This document shows positions 9,866-22,428 of a stretch of DNA of 64,000 nucleotides, in pieces. Made by a program: the position numbers and the translations under genes. The DNA is from Selaginella moellendorffii. Its lineage: Eukaryota; Plantae; Lycopodiophyta. The notes under the pieces were generated by a model. The model did no database searches. It saw only the letters and a list, made by a program, of their open reading frames with translations, and was not told where the DNA came from. Location: positions 2,169,072 to 2,233,071 of the forward strand of contig NW_003314276.1 of assembly GCF_000143415.4 (NCBI RefSeq), read 5' to 3'. Numbering within the stretch: the first letter of the stretch is position 1; each line of letters begins with the position of its first letter.

Positions 9866-12253
9866 AATTAACCAATTCCCAAGTTGCAATTGCAAATACT
9901 TCTTTTAGCATTAAATTTTGAAAGTTTTTCATCCTTTTGCATAGGATGTTAAACTTTGGATTCATCATAACGTTTAAACATAAGGTGAAAAAAATAGACA
10001 TTGGTATTGTATTAACTTAATATAAATATATACTTAAACAATCAGTATAAATACTAATGATTAAATATTAAAATAATAAATTGTTTTCTAAATTAGGTGA
10101 TAATACAAAACCTCTGCCAAAAAGATTAGATGGTGGTACTTTCATACAGATTTAAATATTACTTAAATTACTAATTTTATTTAAATACCTGATTAATAAA
10201 ACTGTTTGCAATGAAAACCTTACTAGAATATTCTTTAGTGTGTCAAAATATTCTTGTCCACTCCCTTGGCTCACTATTTACTTGCTCCTTGTATTAACAA
10301 ATCATTTTTTATAAAGCATAATCCTTGATGGTGATAGCTATTTGAGAGAGATGCCATTTTAAATTTATTTTTAAACACCACTAAATAACATATACCAAGT
10401 TGGAATAGGACACCAACATTTTATAGTTTCATGAGTAACAAAGCATAAATAAATTCATGAGGTACTAAAATTCTATATAATGGTGGTATAAACGAAGTTT
10501 TAATTAGCTGAGAGAGGAGTTACCTTTTCCATTGGGAAATAAGTTTACATGAATGCACAGAGAAATGTATTCAAGTTGAACACCATGATGCGTATAAGTG
10601 GTTTTGCTAGAGTTTAAAAGGTACAAGCACTTTAGAAGATACAAACAATTAATACAAATTTATATATTTATAGTGGGTTGGAGGTAATGATTATAAAAAA
10701 TGTAATTCTAAAACTACAAACTTGGCTGACATAATTGTTTGTTTGTTTTCCACATTTAAAGACTTTAGTTATTTCTCAAATAAAGAAGTACTCGCATTGA
10801 TCTATTTATTAATTCTCTTTCTTTAGTAAATGAGTTTTGAAATACTTGATATGCAAGTATTAACAATAAATCTTATTGAAATTTAGCACATGATATGGTT
10901 ATAAAAAATAAATTGCTCTAAATGTGTATTTAGTTATAAAATTTGCTATAATGACTTAGTCGTCTCTATGCTATAGTGGATCTTCATGCACTTTTATATA
11001 AAATGCCAAGTTATAAAAAAACTAGACATAAGTTTATATATTTATAGTGGGTTGGAGGTAATGATTATAAAAAATGTAATTCTAAAACTACAAACTTGAT
11101 GGAATTTTTATCTACTGCAACATTGACACAACTTCTTGGTCATAAAGTCATAAAAGTGATGAGATCAACTTTAAATGATTTTAGAATTTAATTTGCAATA
11201 AAACTAATTAAGAACCTTGAAACTGTCAGAAGAAAGGGATAAGTAAGCGAGCCTATACAACCAACAATTTTGCCCTGTCTCAAATACGAGTATAGAACGA
11301 GGAAGACTAGTGCTCTTGAGCAACAAAAAGCCTATGTGCTTCCAAGTTAAATTAAGAGAGATTCATAGAATTTAGTTATACATTGATTTGAAACAAGTTC
11401 TATAGTCATATGTTTTTCTTGGATTGGAGGAATATTATATAGTAAGAAAATTATGACATGAACTTTACACACTCCAGTTGATTGTTTTTGTGGACAACAA
11501 CAATATGGCAATCCTCCACAATATTGTGATTAATTCATATAGTTATGTTCTACAAAATTTCTACATACATAGTTTATGTAGTGTCAATTATCTAGAAACC
11601 AAGACATATACTATGTATTTGGTTAGTTGAAGAAGGGGTAAAATTGATAAATTTGGAGCCTCAAGTTTTAGTTGAAGCAAGCTTTAAATTTGAGAAAAAC
11701 ACTTTACAACCATAACCACAAGCTCAATCTTAGCACTTTTCTTAAAAAAATTTAAAAATGAGAAAGAGATAAAGATGTGAAAATTACATATACATAGTCA
11801 AAGGAAGCAAGGCAACATACTCAATACCATTATAGTTGAAGGTGGAAGTTAAAATTCTCATCATTACAAGTATATAATTCTCAATTATCGAATTGATATT
11901 ATAAATACAGAGATTTACAAAATCACAACAAATTAATTCCTAAGTTGTACTTGTATTGCTTTTTGTAATGTTATACTTTTAGTGAGTCTTTAATCCCTTA
12001 CAAACATATATATTTTATATATTTAATGATTTTGAGATGGATCCAAATCTTAAAATTTGGATTCACCACAACGAGGGGTTTATAACATTGAGAAAGAACT
12101 AGATATTTGAATTTGAAATATTTATTATGAAATATTATTTATAAGTTACACATAAAATAACAAAGTGCATTTCTCAAAGTTACACTCAAATGGATTTTAT
12201 AGTAATAATGAAATATTTATTATTACTAATGATTAAATATAAAAATAATAAAT

Positions 12254-15200
12254 TTTGAGTGTATGGAATACGGAAAGAGAATACAGAAAATGTGCATCTC
12301 AATTAGCCCAAAAACCCTAGTCTATATACAAGAGTAAGTGGTTCGGATTGAAACCAATCCAACGGCTACCGAAATCCTATTACGCTAATATTAGTATACG
12401 GCATTGTAGTTATACAGTTGGACCTTAAATCATCCCATCCTCTCGGAATAATGGAAGACCACTAGGATTCTCTTGTAGATGGTCCAAGATCTAGAGGAAC
12501 GTCAGGAGGAAGCATCGGTGAATCTGTAGGTGGTATTAATTGTTGTTGATCCCTTTGTATGAAGTATTTCAACTGTTGCATATGCACAATTTCTAGAGGA
12601 TTGGCCTATTAGATGTCATATATAACCTTATAAACTTATGGTCCAACTTACCACAACACCTAATACGGTCTTTTCCACTGAGCAAGGAGCCCTTTTGATA
12701 AGCCACATACCATAAGATAGGGAAAATAAACTAACACCAAGTCATCCACTTTGTACTCTGCAGGTGGATGATAATGGGGGTTGTAGTGCTGTTGTTGTCC
12801 CACTTGTACACAGCTTAAGTGTTTGGCAGGCTCTACTCAGATAAGTGGAAGAATGCTCGTCAAATACTGATCCCACAACTTAGCATCGGCAACTCATGGA
12901 AATTGCGAAAATAAACCCAGCTTCATTGATAATATTGGATCATGACCCATATAGGAGTTTATATGGTGAAGCATTCTGACTGTGGATAATAAGCACTTGT
13001 GAAAGTGTGGCATATCCTTAATCAAGATGTCAAAATATGAAATGCCTCAGCCATAAATGCAGGACTATTATCCAAAAGAATCCGCTTCGGACAAGAATGC
13101 TGAAACAATACTCAATTGAGGAGGAAGTATCCAACAGCAGTTGGAGAGGCATTAGCAAGAGCACCAACTTCCACCCAATGAGTCAAATAGTTAGAAGCAA
13201 TAATAACATATTCATTATCAGCAACCAACCGTGAAAAATGTCCCATAAGATCAAATGCCATCAACTCAAATGGATGGGAAACTACAATTAACTCTAACTA
13301 TCCTTCCGCAACATAAGGGGGAGTATTACGAGATTGATACCAAACGCAGCTATGCACATACCAGATAATATCACATCACATCTCCAGCCAATAGAAAGAC
13401 TTGCACAACTTCTCAGTTACATGACGATGTCCCATATGCCTACCTAGAACAAGAGAATCATGGTAGGCATGGAGAAACTGTGGAATAAAGACAAAAGGCA
13501 TCACTAGCTGTAAATGATCATTAGGATCCGTCCCCTCAAAATAAAGAAGGCCGTTTTCAAGGTGATATTGAGAATGTAAATGCCGGAATGTTAAGTCATT
13601 AGGAAGTGATGCAAAATTCTCAAACCCATTTCGAAGTCTTCAAATCCATAGCTCAATATTTTGAGCCTTGCGAACCTCATCAAAAGAAAGTAGATCTTAC
13701 TTTACACCTTGTGGACACTAAATGTCAAGTGCAGGAACCGCCGATAGCACAAAATCCTTGTCTAGAAAATCCACAAGTGTTAGAACAATAAGCTCATCAA
13801 AAACATGAGAAAAGAGTGAAGAAGGAAGAGGAGCTTGACAAAGGGCATCAGCATTAGTCATAGAACTCCCTAGGTGATGAACAACATCAAAATTATATAT
13901 CTGAAGCTTCAAAGCTCACCAAACAGTACAAGCAACTAAGTTCTTTTGCTTTAATAATGAAATAACGTTAACATGATCATCTTCTAGTAACGTTTGAGAA
14001 CCATGTAGATATGCATGAAGTTTCTCGAAACCCCAAACTACTGCTAAACACTCCTTCTCTGTCGTGGAGTAGTTCACCTCCACTGGTTGTAACGTACAAC
14101 TTATATATGCAATAGGATGGCGCTGACCAAGCACACTCGGGCTCTCTTGCATCAACACACTTCTAAAACCAATATCAAAAACATCCACGCTCAAAATGAA
14201 AGGTCAAGTGTAGTCAAGATACGCAAACACTAAAGGAGTTGTCAATAGTTCTTTGAGATCTATAAACACCCACTCACAATCCGGAAACTAGATAAAAAAT
14301 GGCATTGATGACTTTAGCAATGTTTGCAATGATGCAGTGCGATCAAAAAGATGATCCACAAAACGACCGAGATATTGCACCTTGCCCAAGAAGCACTGTA
14401 TATCATTGACACACTTCGGAGCAGAGAACTTTAGAATAGCCACAAGTTTGTTAGGATTAACTTGCAAGACTTCATGAGAAATACGGTACCCAAGATAAGT
14501 CGTGTTTTTGGACCCAAATATGCACTTCAACCGCTTTAGCTTTAAACCAACATCCTGTAGCCAATCCAACACTTTACATATATCACGGATGTGCTCCTCC
14601 CACATCCCCTCTGAGTGGATCAAGACATCATCAATGATGTCAGTAGTCACCTCCGACATATCACAAAGAACCTCATCTATCATCTACTAAAAAATTACTG
14701 AAGCATTGTTCAAGCCAAACGGCATCACCAAGAACTCGTATAAACCAAATAGTATACAAAAAGTAGTTTTAGGAATATTTTCTTCAACCATTGATACTTG
14801 CTAATACCCAGAAGCAAGATCTAACTTGGTGAACTGATAATTTCTCCCTAGATGATCCTGTTAAACGAAGTGATAATCCTAGATGTGTACCTTCTTCCTC
14901 ACATTGCTGATCTTTTAATGATAGTCAATACAGAAACAAATACTCCCATCAGGCTTTATCATAAAATGAGGTTCACATGTTTAAGGACTTCATAACTTCT
15001 GAATAACACCCTTCTCCAACATTTCTTTGATGTTTGCATATAAAATTTTGATCTTTTTGGGTGACCGACGATGAATAGGAACCTTAATTAAACAAGCACC
15101 CCCGACGTATGGCAATCTTGGCCCTAGATGATAGGTCAAATTCAAAGAGATCAACACACTCCTTTATGAGCCAGTATAGCACACGTGGTTTTAACCTTTT

Positions 15201-18200
15201 ATCCTATGGTGATTTACCATAGGATAACCATAAAGTGGAACTTAAACCCTCTATGTGTTACGTGTCATTCAAAGGATAACGGAGCGGAACCTAAGTTTCA
15301 GGGCCTTGGGCCACTGAATGAAAAAATGGTGCCAAACTCCCAAGCATGAAACCAAGGAGCGATGGCATTGGAGCACAAAATGACTCTTGAGCATATACCC
15401 CAAGGAGTAAAGGGACAGAAGCATAGAGTAACTTAGAATAGCCATAGAGCATCTAACATCCCAATGCTAGGACTAGCACACAAAATAGAGCCAAAAAGAG
15501 TCTGGCGCTATTTCAACATACTGGTGGCTTAACGCAAAGATATGGGTACTCCACCAATTAGCATGGTATGGAGCTTAAGCTTAGACTCAAGCCAAACGTA
15601 GAACAAAGATAAATATGCAAATAAAAGCTAAACTGTGTCTTAGGTTGATTAGCCATGCCCAACCTACCCACTATCCCTATTATATATTTGGAACCCCCCA
15701 TAACCTCCCCCCCCTGAAGAACACACACTTTGGGCTTTCAACCCAAGCTTCCCTTAGTACCAAGGGTTAGTCTCTAAAACAAGCTCAAAACTTATTAAAT
15801 ATGGAATGTCCCTAGATTGTGAATTTGGATATGGGACAAACACCATTGTGTTCAAGACAATCTCTACATTTTGTAAATATGCCAAATGAGCAAATTTAGA
15901 CACTTTCCGTAAATAGCATTTGGGACTGGAATGAGACTAACACAAAGGGCATGATAGCGAGGGTGTTTGGTAAACACAGTAAGCTATCATTCAATAATAT
16001 TGAGGGACTAGTCTCAATATGCGAGGGTTTTTGTCAAGCCAGTGTAAGATAGAGCAAAAAAGAATTAAGAGTCAAGCCGAGTATGCTCAGCTAGAAACAC
16101 ATAGGAGTTCCTACCTTATGTCCATCTGGCTAAATACAGGTGTTAAGCCCAGTTTACTAACACTTGAACAAGAGAGGCTGATAAAGGGAACCAGCAATAC
16201 CGACCTCTTGCCGTCATGGTAGTAATGAAAGAATATCCGAAATGACAGCTGAAAAATAACTTTCAATACCTGAAGTCACATTCATGACAGCTGGTCAATT
16301 GCTGCAATACAAAGACTGTCAGAGGGATCGAAAAAAGGAAAAGCAGAATAAGACAAAAACATAGAAGGAAGTAGTGAGGGGACAAAAGTAATGGAAGTAA
16401 AGGTAGAAACAGAGGGACAAAGAGGTACAAAAGTGAGAGGAATGGATGAAATATAAGGAAGTATAAGATAAAGGGGAGAAGCCTCAAAGTCACACTTGGT
16501 ATAATTGCGTTGCAACCAATCCATACCAAAGGTGAGGTCAAAAACTTGACTCAACACCACCTGCAATGACTGCAACCCAAACTCGAGATTGCCTACATGC
16601 ACAACTAGGTCTACCTCAACCCATGTGTACAGCTGTTGCCATAAAGAATGAAAACTAGCTCCACTGCATAGCACAAGTGTAGGCGGCAACATGTGGCAAC
16701 AAATCGAGCAATAGAAGATAAACTCAAACCTGTATCAACTAACATAGAGAGAATAATAATAGACCACTTATTATAAAAATGAGCTTGGAAAGTAAACATT
16801 GGATGAACTAGTGCCGAGTGAACCCCTTAATGATACTCCCGAAAGAAAGATGGAGAGGTCACTAACTTATTCATGTAAGGTCTCTTCGTTACTCACACGA
16901 CTCCTCATTTCCCAGATGCATCTCAATATCCAAACCTTCCACTACAACAGCACCAACAGGACGTTGTTGATGCCAAGGTCTCCACCCAGGAAATAGTGGC
17001 CACCAATCTAGGAAACGCCGACAATGCCGACAAGTGTGACCAATTTCATCACATGCCCAGAAACAAACATCACAGCCACGACCACGTCCTCACCTTTGTC
17101 TTTGGACTCAAACAATAGTAGCATCAACCTCCATTGAAACAAGACTATCATCCATAGGAAGTGGAACTGAAGGACGTGCACCGAAAATTGAAAGAGGTGA
17201 CGTCTCATAACATTTTGTCAAGTGAAGAGCATCATTAAGGGTGGTTGGAGCAAGTGCATACACAAGTTTGACAAAATCTTGACGAAGTGCTAGCCACAAT
17301 ATTCCTAGCTTGATCCGTTCCAACATATTTGGCTCCGCACGAAGCAAGAGGTTTCAGAAACAAACACCAAATTCCATTACTGACTCAAATGGCCCTTAAT
17401 GAAGATGATGCAATTGTTAGAAGGCATAATCACAATCATTGGCATGTCTGAATGTGTGTTTGAACACGTTCGGAAGAACACTCCAATCCCCACAAGTGGA
17501 TATGCTCAAACCATTGTACCACTACAATGCCATCCCTTGAAGATGTGTGGGAAACTCATGCAAACATTGAATATCATCCCAAGAATGATATGTGGCAATC
17601 ACTATGAAATGATCGAACCAATGGTATATATCATACCCAAGATTCCCAAAAGAACTCCGGCTAAACGTGAGGATTAGCACCAAGGGCAGAAGGAGCTGTA
17701 CCACGTGCCATAAATGCCGCCATCAATTGAGTTTTGTTGTCCAATTGATATTGCATAGTATCAAACAATTGCACCAATTGCTACTTCATAGTCAAAGGAA
17801 GGGACTGTTGATCTACCATGAAGATGAATGAAAAGGAAAGTGCAAAAGAAGATAAATGAAAAAAAAAGCTAGAAGGAAAGGGAGATGCAGACAATGCAAA
17901 AGCTGAATCTAAATCAAAATTTTGAAAGGAAAGAACAAGAAAAAGGAAATGAAAAAAGCTAGATCTAAACCAAAATCCCAAATCCAAACACTCTTCAAAA
18001 ACAATCAAAGGTGCTCCTCATGTCCACCAATGTGAGTCATAGAATATGGAAAGGGAATATAGAAAATATATATCTCAATTATCCCAAAAATCATAATTTA
18101 TATATAGGAGCAAGTGGTCCAGATTGAAACCAATTCGACGGCTACCAAAATGCCATTACAGTAATATTAATATATAGCATTGTAGCTGTACACTTGGACC

Positions 18201-18205
18201 TCACA
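12254..18205 (-). mobile_element. Ty3/gypsy family A, copy A2 (near full length, degenerate)
   Basis: LTRs at about 12254-12429 and 18031-18205. Domain order gag, protease (LVDTG), RT (IIDDVLIHS), RNaseH (NYSTTEKECLAVVW), integrase is the gypsy order. Many stops. Confidence 0.93.
15175..16289. mobile_element. Solo LTR, family B, nested in A2
   Basis: Interrupts pol. Ends TA(decayed TG)...CA with 5-bp TSD GCCAG/GCTGG (both CpG-decay products of GCCGG). Homologous to 58191-59043 and 63597-64000. Confidence 0.8.
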
Positions 18206-19393
18206 TTCTGTAAATTAGATGATAAGACAAAACCTCTATTAATTATGAAATATTGCCACTCATATTTAAATATTATTTAAATTACTATTTTTTAAAAAAT
18301 ACCTCTTTAATAAAAATATTGCCACTAAACCATTAAGAAAATATTCTTTAGTGTACCAGCATATTTTAAAACTTTATTCTTAATGACTCCTTTTGCTGAC
18401 CTAGCTCTCCCTATTAGCAGATTGTACATCACCTAGTAAGCTTTTAATGATTAGTTTCTTTGAATTGATCAAGAGTGCCCAATATCTCTATTTGTTTGTT
18501 CAGGGGCTATGAGACACCAAAAGCAAATGTGCTTAAACTTTGAAAGAATGTGAAGATGATGTTTCCAAATTTAAAATTTTGTAAGAAAGAAAAGTTACTC
18601 ATTTTAAAAGACTTTTAGCTATACAATTATATAGCTAAATATGTTTACTAGCAAACCAAAATACCAAATAATATTAGTGTTACTAAAAATTATAATAATA
18701 ATACATACTATAGTAATAATATTCACTAGAGGAGGAAAACAAGGCTAGTGTTTTGCTTTGCAATGTTATTCAAGAGGATGAGTAAAGCAATTGGTAATAC
18801 CAACACAATATAAATCAAATTGGTATGATCTGGAACAGCTTTGCAAGGAGTAGTAGAAAAATAAAGAGGTGCTTTTGGTTTTGTGAAAAAAAAACGAGTA
18901 GCTGGTGACGCTATGGATTGTCAGACTTGAACACGGGAAAAAGAAACACAAGATAAATATCTATCCATTGCTGTTTTGATATTCTCATGGTGCAACATAG
19001 CTCCATATTGATATTGATCCACAGCTCCTCCAGAGTAAAATCAGTCAAAACGCCTGGAACGATCCAACAATTGAACATATTTGGAGATGCTTGTGTCGAT
19101 CCCAAAAATCCAATTCTAGTACTCATCCTGGCATTTCAAGAGCTTTTTAAGAGATGAGGTTTCACCACCATGGACACCATCCTCGAGGAGGCCACGAGCC
19201 AGCACCAGCTTTAGCTCCAGTTCTTCAAGGTGACGCTCCAGTTCGAGCCCGAGCACCAGCTGCTTTCGTTCACCCTGCTCGCGGCCACCCTGCTCACCTA
19301 GCTCCAGCGCCTGCTATCCGTGATCATGCTCGCCACCACCATCCAGCTCCAGCGACAGCAGTGTACCATCATCATCACAGTGATGGAGCTCCT

Positions 19394-20512
19394 TGTGAGC
19401 GACTAAATTTTCCATTCTACTTTAGTCACTTAACCACACCTCTGACCACTTGGAGGAGTCTCATTCACAACCTCCATAAGTCCAATCCAGGACTTAGGAC
19501 TTGCTAGCCCCGAGAATGGCATCCATGCCACTCAACATTTGCACTTGGTCCAAGTGCTCCACGTGTCCGATCCCATGACCAACACTCAAAGGTACCACCG
19601 ACATAGCAGCCCGTTACGCTAAGGCCATGCCCAATCACCTTTGCCACACTGGTAGTCCAATACCACTTGCATCACCGTCTTGGCTCTCCAAGACGAGGCA
19701 AACCATCCGTGAGTGGTCATCTCAGATCCACTCCTTAGCATCCTTAGGATGCCCACCGACAAGGGGAATAGCCTTCCCCAATATCCCTCTGTCAGTCCCC
19801 ACTAAGTCCCTTTCTGCCCCTGGCCGTGTTTGCCAACACTGCCACTGGATCAAGACCCACAGGCCCGACCACTAAGTCCCACGGTTCTCTAGGACTTCCT
19901 CACCACACGACTGTGTCCTTGGTCACTACCCCAGAGGACTGCTCCTCTTCCTTTCCACAGTCTGGGCCTTTGGGACAACATTTCGGAACACCGTGGCCTT
20001 ACGCGAGCCACCTGGGTACTCTCCTCGCCTTTTGCCCTTGGGTGCTCTAGCCATGGGATTAGAGCGGGTTCTATTGAGCCACACCAGGTATCCAAGTAGG
20101 TAGTGCCACCCACACTTGGACTGGGAGCATCGGCCAGTCGATCTCCCGGGGGAACTAGAGCCGGCTCTTGAACACTTCACCAAGCTACCCCGCTTGTCGG
20201 TCTGTGTTCACTCTAGTCTTGGACTTCCTAGTGGGCAGCTCATCACCCAACACTGGGTCCGGCCTTCCTGGGCCAAACTGGCCTTTCCTGGCCAAACTGG
20301 CTCCACTGCAGTCCTCCCCCTACTATACTTTTGGAGCTCACCAAACCCCCCAGGGTTTGAGAGACGAACGCTTTGGGCTTTCACCCTCTCAGACTCGAAC
20401 TCGGACTCGGACTCGAACTCGGACTCGGACTCGGACTCGGACTCGAACTCGGACTCGGACTCAGGCTCGGGCTCGGTCTCGGCCTCGGCCTCGGTCTCGT
20501 TCTCGGTCCTGA

Positions 20513-20553
<41 letters not shown>

Positions 20554-21154
20554 ACTTCGGACTCCATCTCGGACTCCATCTCGGACTCCATCTCGGACTC
20601 CATCTCGGGTCCATCTCGGACTCCATCTCGGGTCCATCTCGGACTCCATTTCGGGTCCATCTCGGACTCTATCTCGGGTCCGTCTCGGACTCCATTTTGG
20701 GTCCATCTTGGGTCCACCTCGGACTCCATCTCGGACTCCATTTCAGGTCCATCTCGGGTCCACCTTGGACTCCATCTCGGACTCCATCTCGGACTCCATC
20801 TCGGGTCCATCTCGGACTCCACTTCGGACTCCAACTCGGGTCCATCTCGGACTCCACTTCGGACTCCAACTTGGGTCCATCTCGGACTCCACTTCGGACT
20901 CCAACTCGAGTCCATCTCGGACACTTCCACGTGTCATGTGTTGGTCCTTTTGGGTCCCTTTTTGGAGCCTTGCTTTTTGCTCGCTTCGTGCTCGTTCCTC
21001 GAGCACTTCGTTGGGAGTTCCACTCCCGCTCTTGACTTTTCAAGTCGGACCTTTTAGTCCAAACATGTTACGCTCGTTTGGCTCTCGCTTCAGCCACTAC
21101 CACGTGGCACCCTTTCCGGCTCCACTTTGGGGCCTAGGGATTTTGTGTCTCACA
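19394..21154. mobile_element. Solo LTR-like insertion (family C, 1761 bp)
   Basis: TGTGAG...CTCACA termini; perfect 5-bp TSD CTCCT (19389-19393, 21155-21159); empty site in copy 1 (GGAGCTCCTCTGG, about 4991). Confidence 0.9.
20390..20922. repeat. Tandem array inside the solo LTR: hexamers GACTCG/GTCTCG, then 11-12-mers GGACTCCATCTC/GGGTCCATCTC
   Basis: Directly visible; explains the low-complexity ORFs in all frames. Confidence 0.95.
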
Positions 21155-22051
21155 CTCCTCTGGTTGTCCACCACCATCACCATGGTCACCACCATGGAGG
21201 ACGCCACAACCACCACCACCACCATCGTCCCGATGATCACGACGCAGCAGTGGCCACACCAACACCCGCAGCAGTAGTTACAGTGGTTCGGAGGACGCTG
21301 TGGTTGCTGCTCCAGCTTCCTCTTTGGGTTTTGGTTGCGATCTTGGTGCTGCTCGCGTGCTTTTTCCTCATGCGATGGATGTTATCTCGAAGGAAACAGC
21401 GCACTAATGCTATCTTTCATTATCCCGGGTGGCAGATCGAAGTTGTGGTGGACAATCCTCCGACTGAGAAGAAACAGCTGGAAGCTCACACTCGTGGTTC
21501 GCACAGCAATGGCACTCTGGGATTCTCCCCTGGGACTCTAAGTGTCCTGCGACGTGTAAGTCAGCTATGTTGCATGCGTTGTCACATGGAAGATTGTGTA
21601 CAAACAGTCTTCAAGGAGACGAAGTTGCAGAGCAAGAGGACAGCAGGGTCTTGCTCACGGACGGTGAAGATCACATACAAGGGTCGACTGGTGGAAGTCA
21701 CCAGACTTGGAAGTTATTGCACAGCTGGCTCCGAAAATGGACTGGAAAATAGAGCAAGAACCTACCAAGTTTCGATTTGACTGAGCTATTCTCTAGAGTG
21801 ACGGGGAAGCAGCCTCCAAAGGCCAGAGAAGTTGCTTGAGACGAAAGGTTTGAGAAAGGTAACGTACTACTTTTGCTCAAATCTCAACTTCGATGAGAAG
21901 AAGCAGTGCAGGGCATAGCGGCCAGATAAGTTTCTCCAGAGTCAAGAGCATCATAAGCCGGGAATCAAGCAAGTGCAATTGTGAAAGTATGGTCGAAGTC
22001 TACACTGCGGCTTGCAACACAGGTGGTTCAACAGGATGGGACGAAGAACAG

Positions 22052-22268
22052 CAAGCATGCGAGTAGTTTATTCCGTCCAGATTTCTCTCCCGGATCTGCG
22101 AGTGGAGCCTCTTCTCTGCTAAGTCGCCACGTGCCTTGAGCGCCACCATGAAAGTCTGAGCGTTTGGCTGCCTCCTGAACACTTCTGATGCTTCCCAAAG
22201 TCCACGAGGCTGCTTGCGACGAATGCATCCGCTTCGTATTCACAATTTGCGAGGTAGACCAACCTATT
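22052..22268 (-). pseudogene. PLS-PPR fragment, inverted relative to copy 1
   Basis: Reverse complement of 5951-6272 with about 105 bp deleted. Confidence 0.75.
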
Positions 22269-22305
22269 ATTGCTCAGTGTGGAGACATGCCTGCTGCTTG
22301 AGAAG

Positions 22306-22428
22306 TTTTCCACCCGAAGTTCAGAAGTACTTTGGCGTCACTGTCACGGTGACACACTTTTTCTTGCACTACTCATTTGGAGTAACTGGAGAGCGCCTTA
22401 CGAAGCATTTGAGAACTGATGTTTATAG
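22306..22428 (+). pseudogene. ABCB transporter TMD2 exon fragment
   Basis: EVQKY...THFFLHYSFGVTGERLTKHLR resembles the ABCB consensus QHYSFGIMGERLTKRIR and ends at a GT donor. Confidence 0.65.

Larger units (their letters stand above)
19154..21780 (+). pseudogene. His/Pro/Ala-rich membrane protein, copy 2, interrupted by a solo LTR
   Basis: 19154-19393 joins in frame to 21160-21780 once the insertion and one TSD copy are removed (286 aa). Confidence 0.6.

Noticed and set aside
10400-11900. Decayed coding-like sequence
   Set aside because: No frame gave a recognisable transposase or gene motif.
20116-21277. Long overlapping ORFs (SDSDS, RTRTR, LGLGL, ESESE) in all frames
   Set aside because: Products of a stop-free tandem array inside an LTR-like insertion. 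Not CRISPR either, as there are no unique spacers.
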